Positions 53,981 to 64,000 of a stretch of DNA of 64,000 nucleotides are shown piece after piece. Made by a program: the position numbers and the translations under genes. The stretch is from Octopus vulgaris (lineage: Eukaryota). Location of the stretch: contig OX597814.1 in assembly GCA_951406725.2 (NCBI GenBank), positions 85,064,001-85,128,000 on the forward strand, written 5' to 3'. Within the stretch, counting starts at the first letter, position 1; each line of letters begins with the position of its first letter. The notes under the pieces were generated by a model. It was not told the origin of the DNA and did no database searches. It worked only from the letters and a program-made list of their open reading frames with translations.

Positions 53981-55913
53981 GCCACTGGTACCAACAATCA
54001 TCCTACACAGCAACCAAAATTAGAAGACCCAACTAATTGAGGAAGATTCACTGAACTGCACAATATAACCACAGGCTCATATATATGCTAATTGTTTCTG
54101 AATATAGTCCTATACGTTTGTGCTAGCAACATACATATCCATCTCTACCCTTAATTTACTTCTCAATCTCTACTAACACACTCAATAGTTTCTGGACTCC
54201 ACACCAAACATTTTGCTGAATAATTCTGCACTAGCTCTGAACATCTCTGCAATTAGTTCCTACTTACATTTTTCACACAATACCAACAGGAGTTCAAGCT
54301 GAGCTGTAATCACTCGCACCACACCAACTTTCAAAGGTTACAAAGATTGTGGATGCTAACCCTCTTCCTCCAATTAATTAAAAGAAAATAATTAAAAGCA
54401 TATACTTCAGTTACTAATATTACCATTTTTTTTTATCATGCGTAGAGCACTAATTACACTAATTACAGCAGAAAACATTTTGTTCCACATTTTAGAAGCA
54501 TCAAGTAACATTTCTGTAGTGTCAGGTTCATTTCCATTGCATGCCATCTTGGACAAGTGCTGTCTTCTATGGGCCTTAGCAGACAAATGATTAGAGAGTG
54601 AATTTGGCAGATAGAAACTCTGTGTGTGTGTGTGTGCGCGCGCGCGCTTGAATGTTGATATTTTACTTTGTCATCATTTCAGTAACGTGGAGCTGATGTT
54701 GACATTCCTTGTTGACATTACAGCCATTGCTCTGTCCTTTTGAGGACCTGTTTGATATTTTTAAAAATCACCTACTTGAAAAACAGGTGAGGGTTGGCAA
54801 TAGGGAGTGTAAAGAGCTATAAGATCCTGCCTCAACATCAATTCTTATCCAAGTCATGCTTACATAGGAGACTGAACATTAAGCAAACAAACAGTAGGCA
54901 GATAGGAGGATCTTTGCATGCATGTTTCTAGGCACAGGAATAGCTGTTTGGATACAGTTCACTTTCTTACCATGTGCTCTCAAGTTCTATCTAACTATGT
55001 GGAACCTTGAGAAGTGTCTTCTACTATCACTTTGGGCCAACCACTGCTTTGAGAATGAAAGGAGCAGATAGAAACTGTATAGAAGTTGTGTGAGTATATA
55101 TGTGTATAAATGTATGTATGTATATATAAATGTATGTATTTTAGGGTTAGTGTGAATGTTTATATTCTGCATCCTTGCATGTGTTGAGCAAAAAAACAAA
55201 AAAAAAATGACAGCATGGCTGACATCCCCTCCTAACAATTTAACCAGTAACTCTGCAATTTCAAAGAAAAATGGAATATAAAAAAGGCCATTACTTGAAA
55301 AACAATACATATTCATCCAACTGCTCCACTGCATGGCATCTTGGGCAAAAGTCTTTTCATATTGCTCCAGGTCAACCAATGCATTGCGAGTGAATTTGAT
55401 GGACAGAAAGTGTGTAGAAACCTGTTGCATGTACACATGTGTATGTGTGTGTGCATGGAACCTTGAAGAACACCAGGCTGGATAGACTGTGGATCAGAGA
55501 GAGCTGCATAGTTCATGCTGCAATGATGAAATCTGACAGGAAGCTAATAATCCTGAAGATGAGAGGCAAAGGGAGCCTACAGGCTGTGGTACTACATGTG
55601 AAGGATGATTGAAAGACTTGCTGTATTTTCATTTCTGGCAAACCAAGTGACTGTACAGCGGCACTTTCATAAGTTAAATATAATTATTGTTGATTGATTA
55701 GAAATGTGAAGGGCATTCAACAAAAATCATTCTAACCATGCTGACATAAAGAAATAAATATAAAATAGTAAAATAAAATAGGATAAATGAAAAACCCTTT
55801 CATCACTTCATAATTACTACCAAAGGCAATGATAAATATTTGGGTATTTAAGTTATTAAATTAAACAATTAAATAAAGTGAAGCTATAATAGCTGGAATT
55901 AACAACAGAGATT

Positions 55914-55917
<4 letters not shown>

Positions 55918-56007
<90 letters not shown>
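55918..56007. repeat. Compound (TA)n(GA)n microsatellite
   Basis: Read directly. Confidence 0.95.
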
Positions 56008-56012
<5 letters not shown>

Positions 56013-56405
56013 AGATCCTATAAAATAATCTCTCCCTTTACAGAGAGTACCAGAAGATAATGCTCTGTAAGTCTAGATTATTGCTTGAAGCTGAAAGGTA
56101 ATCATTTAAAGTTGAGAATAGCTAAAGAGTTAAAACCAACAACCTTTCACTGTAATAAATAAATTGGAATTTCTATGGAGATCTAATGACAACACACATA
56201 TATTTGATTAAACCAATGGAACTAATCAAGTAAATCTATGTACAATCAACTTTTGATAGCCAACCAATCAGCCACTAGAAATAGTTGAATAGTTTGCAAA
56301 GATCATGTATCTAGGACAAGTGGTTGGATTAGAAGGTAAAAGTTATGGAAGTGCATTAGCTGGAATACAAAGCAGCTACTAGAAATTTAACCTTATTTCT
56401 AAAAT

Positions 56406-56639
56406 CAGTGATTCCCAAGGTGGGGCGTACGCCCCACTGGTGGGGCCTGAGAAAATTCAGGTGGGGCGCGGGGCATAGACGTGGGCTGTGAAAATATTTG
56501 TACATGACGAGCGGTCATCGCGGGCACAACCTTAGATTTACATGTACTTGTAAATGTGAGTGGACATGGGAAAAGGTGGGGCGTAAAAACTTTTGCTATG
56601 AAAAAGTGGGGCGCCGGGAAAAAAGGTTGGGAAACACTG
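56406..56639. mobile_element. hAT-type MITE, GC/CpG-rich (young)
   Basis: TIRs CAGTGATTCCCAA / TTGGGAAACACTG; CTAAAAT on both flanks; subterminal GGGGCG repeats and the palindrome GGGGCGTACGCCCC. Confidence 0.85.
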
Positions 56640-57679
56640 CTAAAATGATCTAAACTTTTTGGCACATGACAAGTCCAACTTAAATAGTTTTATATTTACA
56701 TAAAGTTTTATATAAACATAACAAATGTAAGAATGATTTACAGCAGAAAATGCCGTATCCACTAAAAATTTCATTACTTTTAACTTTTGTTGAAGAATGC
56801 CATATTTGAAACTATTTTTTGTTGAGATATGTCAAGTTTATCAAGGCAATGTGACTTGTAGAAAATACCAATTCTATCTTTTGGTAGATATTTAACATCA
56901 TTACTGGAATAACCATGAAATTTAATTTCACAGATTAAGGGATATGTAGAATTTTGGAGTTGAATTTGAAGATAAATATTTTTATCCATTAAAGAAAACT
57001 AAAACTGCAGTCATTTTTTTCTGTAATATAAAATTTATTTTATTTATTTTATTTTTAATTACATTAAATTTAAAGAATGTAAACACAACTTGTAGGCAAA
57101 TAAGATTCTAAATAGTTTTAGAGATAATACTGGCTAACAAAGAATTTCTGAAGACAGTTCTGTATCATCTAAAGAGCAATTCTGATGCTAATTTCAAAAC
57201 TATCATTAATTTTTAAGAATTATGTATAGTTTTTCAGATGAGACTACCTTTTACTTGTTTTAATCAATAGACTATAGCCAAGCTGGGACACCACTTTGAA
57301 GGGTTTTAGTTAAACAAATCAGTCCCAGTACATATGATCTTTTTTTAAGTCTTGTATTTATTCCATCAATCTTTTTTGCTAAACCACTAAGTTATAAGGA
57401 TGTAAACACTGACTGTGATGGGAGTCTGTATGACAAACGACAGGTTTCCACACAATTTCCATTTACCAACTTCACTCGCATGGCATTAGTTGGCCTGAGG
57501 TTATAGCAGGAGACACTTGCTCAAGGTGCCATGTAGTGGGATTGAATCTAAAATCACATAGTTGAAAAGCCAGCTTCTTAACGACACAGCAATGCTTGTG
57601 CCTTTTTTGTTTTTTATAATTATATTCGTAATATTTTTTGTTTTCAGAATATTTGCTTAGATCCTTACCATTTATGTGC

Positions 57680-58570
57680 TCTATGAATGTAAAAACCATC
57701 CAAACCCTTTTCTTTCATTTACCACCCTGGGTCTTATGAAAATATGCCAGGTATACTTTGGTTGTTGTATAAGTGACCATGGTAAACAACAGACACTACA
57801 TTAAATTGGCTCTGCTTGTTCAAGTGGACTGCATGATTAGTTGTACAAAGAAGTGAACAATGTGTTTTACCATACCCATAATATAGGGAGAGAAAAAAGA
57901 AATGATTATACTGATTGCTATTTTGGTAGTTCTAATATAATCAGGCTGTCTACAAAGAGTAAACACAAGATTGTCAAGCTAAACCTGTTTTCAGCACATA
58001 AACCTGTGTACCATAATGAAGCAATGCTATTCCCTTTCCCCCAACACCCACTCACTCCACCTCCTCAATGTCCATTCCCTTTACTCCCAATGCTCATTTT
58101 CTTTCCATTCGATGTCCATTCCCTTTCTCCAAGATGATGAAACAGCCAGGGACAAGGGAGTGACTGGTGAAATGCTTGGACCTTCTACAGACCCTGAATA
58201 CACACCTGACAAAAAAATTTGGAGCTATGATTATTTCCTCAAGAACATTTGAACAATCTTAACAGAGTCTTATCAAAGTCAAAAGAGAAGACTGAGTTTC
58301 TAATCTCAAAACTAATCTACTTGACAAGAATGTGCAAGTTGAGTCATAAACATAAATGAAATACCAATCTGGCAACATGCTTTATAATAGATGATTCGCA
58401 AACTTGTCTCAGATTCAGGTTGCACCTGACTAGTAGTACCTCTTCATTAGTTTGTTACAAAGAAGCTTGAAAGCATTTCTATTGCCCAGTAAGAATGTAG
58501 AGCCATGCATTCCTACTGCCCATCCTGTCCACCAAAAAAAGAGCCAAAGTAACAAGTATACACTGCTTGA
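57680..58570 (+). pseudogene. Decayed DNA transposase fragment, Chapaev3-like (CMC)
   Basis: Patches CKNHPNPF, YFGCCISDHGK, TDCYFGSSNIIRLSTKSKHKIVKLNLFSAHKPVYH, LNNLNRVLSKSKEKTEFLISKL and SLKAFLLPSKNVEPCIPTAH occur in the order of motifs I recall for this family (DCYFC, LNDLVRDL.LSK, SLKAVLLHNGN). Family name from memory. Confidence 0.65.
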
Positions 58571-61227
58571 TATCAATTAATATTGTGTTCATCAATGGAT
58601 TCTCTGTGAAAATATCAAAGTTATGGGTATGTTAATGGGTACACAAGTAAGAATTTCAAAATACTATTGCTCCATATGCTTATGGATAATCATGCTACCA
58701 TATTGGTTCCAAATTTTGGTGCAGGGACAGGGGAGGGGTAAGTCAGTTATGTCAACCCCAGTGTTCTACCGGTACTTATTTTATCAACCACAAAGGGATG
58801 AAAGGTAAACTCAACCTCAGCTGAATTTGAATTCAGAATGTGAAGATGGACAAAATGCTGCAAAACATTTTGCCAAGTGTGCTAACAATTCTGTCAGTTC
58901 ATCACCTTATAATCATGCAATCATATTACCATATCAAATGTGACTGGATATTAAGATCAACATATGTCCCAAGAATGAACAGTGGCTTATCTATCCATTT
59001 AGATGACCACAAAAACATATTTCTACCACTTCTCCATTTGAAATTTAGTTTAAGGAAAAATGTTCTTAAGGCAGATCTACTTATAAGTCAATTCAAGTGG
59101 ATTTTGTTACTTTACAAAAAAGTTCACAAATAAAGATTACAGCAAAATAAAAGGAATGAATTTATGTTGGATAAATATTTTAAAAGATATCAAATTTGAA
59201 CTAACCCCCAATATACTGAAATTAAAAGATAAACCAGTCTTTAAATGGTTATGTGTAAATTTTTCAAGAATTAATAAATACTCACTTCTGTATGCAGGGC
59301 ATTCCCTGCATGCCGAAGTGGAGTTGAGATATTCCTTAATGCTAATAAAGAAATGGACAGATAGATGATGTTTAAAATGTATTTCCTTTAGATTTCTTTC
59401 TAGAAAGGTGCATTTCCAACTTTATGGTTTCTGGTTCAATGCCATCGAGTAGCACTTTGGGCAAATGTCTTCTACTACAACCCTAGACCAACTAAAGCTT
59501 TGTGAGTGGATTTGGTAGATGAAGACTAAAAGAAGTTCATATTGTGTACATGTACATGGATATGGATGAGTGTTTGTGTCTTCTTGTATTGACATCACAC
59601 AATAGTATTAAGTAACCATCACCATCATTCAATCAGTGTCATTCATTTCAAATATTCCATGAAAAACATGTCCAGCCTGAGAGAAATATTACCTTACTTA
59701 GAAACAGGTGAGGATTGGTGACAGGAAGTGCATCCAGTCACAGAAAATCAGTCTTGATGAATTCCATCTGACCCATGCAAGCAAGGAAAAGTGGGCATAA
59801 AAGCAAAAGTGTAGGCCTTGGTATAGTAAACAATAAGCAAGGAGAAACTAAGAAGATATTTATGCAAAAGAAACATGATATTAGAGATTTAAGAATAATA
59901 AATAGATGCTGCAATGTAATACAACACACAAAGTTTATGAGAGAAAATATATTCCTAACACTTTCAAAAGCTAGTATATTCTTGTGCATCTAATTAAATC
60001 AATGATACAAAAATTGGATAAAATTAATTATGCATGAAATAATCAAGTGTATTCAGTATTTCAGTTAGAGCAATAAACAAACTTTGTATAAACCGTTATT
60101 TAATAGATATAAGCATTGAGAAAATTGAGAAAAAACCTAAAAAGTAAAATTAATGCATTATTACACTAGCTAATGTATAAAAAAAAATAAAAGATAAATT
60201 TGGAATAGCATCGAAAACACATTCAGAAAAGGCTAATTTTATTTCTAATGAAAGAAAAAAGTCTATTTTGTTGACCAGTGTAATTTACAGATATCATATG
60301 ATTGTATTATACTGAGAACAAACTGAAAGCAATAACAATGGTTACTGAACAGCTTCTATTGTAGAAATTGGATAGATTCAAAATGCAGCTATCTCCAATA
60401 AACATTTTATATTTCTGTCAAGTATTGTATATAACCAATCCATTCAAGCATTCTTTAACAGATAAGTTTATAGATTCCCATTATATCATCATTACAGAAA
60501 TATTTTATTCGGGAATATAGAATTTTTAAAGCATAATTTTTGACAGAGAGCTGAAAGTGTGTGGAAGATGTATTTACAAGCAGAACATGCTGAGATGAAT
60601 AATGAACAACAATATGTTGACAAATTCAGATATTGCTGTTTGAATCAGAAATTGAAACATATTTGTGTGGCAAAATAGACATGAGGAAAGATAAAATTTA
60701 CCTTCTTTTTTTTTTCCCCCCCATCTCTTTTCAAAAATTAGAAAATATTTTGCAACATTGGCCTATGAACAATTTAAGATAATACTGGAATATCTTGGAA
60801 ACAAAGAAACATCAAGCTATGAAAAATATGCAATGGAAAGAGATTATCCAGTTAACTTATCTACATAAAACAATAAGACATTAATTCCTTTATATGTTTG
60901 ATGGCTTAAGTCTCATAGCAGAATCTATCACAAGAGTTTCATCAAAATCTCTAACACTAGATGCACAGCCTAGAGTTTAAAGACCTCTTTAACTTCAACA
61001 AGATCAAAGTATTCAAAAGAAGAAATAAAATCCTGATATTATTTGGGAATTAACCTTGTTGAATTTCCTGAAAAGAAGTAGGTAGACATTTAGGGTACTG
61101 TGTACCCAGTGCAAGCAATGGTTACATAAATTCATAGTGAGATATATTTGTCATGTTGACTGGGAATAGAACTTCAGCTATGACTGATGCACTGTGGTTA
61201 TCAGCAGTAGGAAAATGCATTAAACTA

Positions 61228-61635
61228 TTCTTTTATTCTTTTACTTGTTTTAGTCATTTGACTGCAACCATGTTGGAGCACCACCTTAATAGTTTTAGTC
61301 GAAGAAATCGACCCCAGGACTTATTCTTTATAAGCCTAGTACTTATTCTATTGGTCTCTTTTGTTGAACCACTAAGTTATGGGAACATAAACACACCAGC
61401 ATTGGTTTTCAAGCAAAGGTGGAGGGACAAACACAGACACACATATGAATAAACACACACACACACACACACACATTCAATGGGCTCCTTTCAGTTTCTG
61501 TCTACCAAATCTACTCACAAAACTTTGATCTGCCTGAGGCTATAGTAGAAGACACTTGCCGGAGGTATCATGTAGTGGGACTGAACTTAGAACCATGTGG
61601 TTCGGAAGTAAGCTTCTAACCACACAGACATGTTT
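61228..61635 (-). mobile_element. SINE family A (A1), near full length
   Basis: Reverse complement of 321-685. Confidence 0.9.
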
Positions 61636-61979
61636 CCACCTGCTCAGCTATGCCCGCACAGTCGTGCCTGTGCATGCACAGTCACACTTGCACCTATTTT
61701 CATGAACTGTACAAATGACTTGTTAGATATTGTTGGTATTTCCTGTCACCGGGATTTAATTACTTACAAGAGATAGTTGTAGTGAAAACATTATTGGTAA
61801 TGGGATGACAGAAGCTTGTAGAGTTCTGGACTTTGTTGGCAAAAAAAAGTTACCCTCTTCATTAAAAAGCTAGACGGAAACTGCACTACATGATAATGAG
61901 AAATGAATATCAAAGCTTTGCAGAAACAGAGGAAGGGAGGAAGGTGTTTGTGTGTGTGCATGAGTATGTGATGTGTTGT

Positions 61980-62312
61980 GTGGCATGGCTCAGTGGTTAG
62001 AGCAATGGGCTCACAGTCATGAGGTAGTGAGTTCGATTCATGGACCAGGATGTGTGTTGTGTTCTTGAGCAAGTCACTTTATTTCACAGTGCTCCAGCTC
62101 ACTCATCTGTAGAAATGCGTTGCGATGTTACTGGTGCCAAGCTATATCAGCCTTCACCATTCTCTTGGATAACATCAGTGGCATAGAAAGGGGAGGCTGG
62201 TATGCATGGGTGACTGCTGGTCTTCCATAAACAACCTTGCCTGGACTTGTGCCTCAGAGGGGAACTTTCTAAATGCAATCCCATGGTCATTCATGACCAA
62301 AGGGGGTCTTTT
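61980..62312 (+). mobile_element. tRNA-derived SINE, family D
   Basis: TGGCTCAGTGG A box, GTTCGATTC B box; reverse copy at 8395-8699. Confidence 0.85.
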
Positions 62313-62324
62313 ACTAAGCTGATT

Positions 62325-62535
62325 GAGTGCCAAGGCATTAAAGCATCATTCAAGATGTGCAAGAGAGGTGACAGTATTAGTGCTGACAAAGTAAATATAG
62401 GCTGAACGTGATACAATAGTGAAGAAGAGTACTCAAGGGAGACCAAAGAATATGTAAAAGACATGGTAAATTTGGATCTTGAGATACTGGACATACAGAA
62501 GAGACAACAAAAGACTGGGATAAGTGGCAATACTA
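62325..62535 (+). mobile_element. RTE-type LINE 3' fragment, decayed
   Basis: Translates in patches to GRPKNM*KDMVNLDLEILD..EETTKDWDKW, like the RTE C-terminal GRP.KTW...V..DL...DR..W motif. Confidence 0.5.
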
Positions 62536-62606
62536 TATAAATTCCATAAAAACATGAAACAATAGCTTAAAATGATAGCAATGATGAAGATGATAATGAG
62601 GATTCA

Positions 62607-63177
62607 CCCTTTCATTGCCATATTTTTAACGAACTATACTGTCTACAATTAATTTTGAAAATATTCTATCTTTTACTTGTTTCAGTCATTGGACTGTGGC
62701 TATGCTAGGGCATTGCACTGAAGGGTTTTAATCAGATTGATCCCAATACTTATTTTTAAAACTGGTACTTATTCTATTGGTCTTTTTTCACCAAACTGCA
62801 AAGTTACAGGGATATAAACAAACCAACATCAGTTGTTGAGAAATGAGGTGAGGGGAAACAAACAGACTCGCGAAGACACACACATACATGTATTTCACTC
62901 CCAAGACATTACTTATTCTGGGGCCATAGTAGAAAGTACTTGCTCTAGGTGCCATGTAGTGCGACTGAACCCAAAACTACATGGTTGCAAAGTGAGTTTC
63001 TTAACCACCCAGTCATGAAAGCACTGAATACTGAAGAATTTACCTAAATAACTTTGACATTATTAAGGTGGAACAACATGAAATTCTTATGGAAGTTTCT
63101 GATTTAGGTCACTTTAAAACAGGATGTTTATATCATAAAACCAGGGGTGATCTCAAGTGAGATGGTATCAAAAAGGG
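62607..63177 (-). mobile_element. TTAA MITE family 1 variant interrupted by SINE A (about 62667-63015, minus)
   Basis: TTCA-CCCTTTCATTGCC ... GGTATCAAAAAGGG-TTAA termini; family A sequence inside. Confidence 0.7.
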
Positions 63178-63453
63178 TTAAATGTCAAATTCAAAAGAGG
63201 ACAATTAGATTACTGATAAACAATGGTGGCAGTTCATGTTTTTTTGATGTTTTGAAACTATTCCAAGCAGTTAACATGAAGAAATTAATAAACTGTTCCA
63301 ACCATTAACTATTTTCAAATGCAATTACCTAGAAATTAACAATCGATTCAGCAGTCACATACAAAAGGAAATGGTTAATATATTGCAATTACAGCATGGA
63401 TTTCATCCAAATAAAAGATTATCTAAATTTAAAGTGTAATTCAATGTACTTAC

Positions 63454-63513
63454 GTGATAGCTCCTGGCTCCGCCATTTGCTCATCTGTAGCTCCCATGCC
63501 TGTCACTCTCTAC
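63454..63513 (-). CDS. Candidate 60-nt exon containing a translation start; coding part 63497-63454 reads MGATDEQMAEPGAI(T); product unknown
   Basis: Minus strand tttgttttgtatttcttgtag|GTAGAG...CTATCAC|gtaagta; 33/60 G+C in AT-rich non-repeat DNA; in-frame TAG upstream of the first ATG; second ATG in CAAATGGCG context; ends in phase 2. Confidence 0.65.
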
Positions 63514-64000
63514 CTACAAGAAATACAAAACAAATTAACATTCCAGAAAAATAGTATTCAATTTTTTTTCTCTTTGTAACTATTAATTTCTGTCATATTA
63601 GTGTAGGTTTATACAACATGAATATTTTGAGTAATGTGCTAGGATAAATTACAGATACTACAAATGCATAGCAACATCATCTAACTAAACACATTCCGAA
63701 ATTTAGTGCTATACCCTGAAAACATTGATTTAGGGAAACTACTGGATATCATTTGCACACAGCCTATTCGATGATGAATGACAAAATCAACAAACTGGAA
63801 AACCTTTGAACAAAAATTGCATATTGTCAGCTTTTGCATACCACCTTCTGATTTATTTACATTTAAAAATGCATGTACGTGTGTGCATGAACACTAACAC
63901 ATGCACACACACATGCACACAGTATTTTTATCTTAAGTCAGGGAATGCATTATCAATCATTGAATTTTGACATTTGGAAAGCATTTGTGATATTTGCACC

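Noticed and set aside
61980-62050. tRNA gene candidates at SINE heads (also 19393-19460 and 42551-42620)
   Set aside because: A and B boxes are present, but acceptor stems do not close and each continues into a repeat body.

Overview
AT-rich, repeat-dense eukaryotic DNA. The SINE families and microsatellite load are those I associate with octopus genomes; the organism is an inference. No complete protein-coding gene is present, and almost all ORF-track entries are artefacts of SINEs, microsatellites or AT-rich DNA. The window is best read as one or a few very large introns of a minus-strand transcript, with one good exon candidate (63454-63513, MGATDEQMAEPGAIT) and weaker ones at 42055-42078 and 3894-4063. 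The rest is dozens of tRNA-derived SINEs of at least four families, TTAA (piggyBac-type) MITEs, mariner and hAT elements, and decayed Chapaev3-like, CRE, R4/Dong and RTE elements. The most interesting signals are RNA-structural: (1) a 301-bp insertion with a 13-bp TSD that joins a tRNA-like head to a Penelope-type minimal hammerhead ribozyme, with an inverted terminal copy and a 3' tail; (2) a second hammerhead whose core carries the compensatory G3:C8 swap; (3) a TSD-bounded, headless non-autonomous RTE that starts with an HDV-like pseudoknot; and (4) a recurring class of local inverted duplications of 100-180 bp. All alignments and mismatch counts were done by eye, and coordinates of decayed repeats are approximate.
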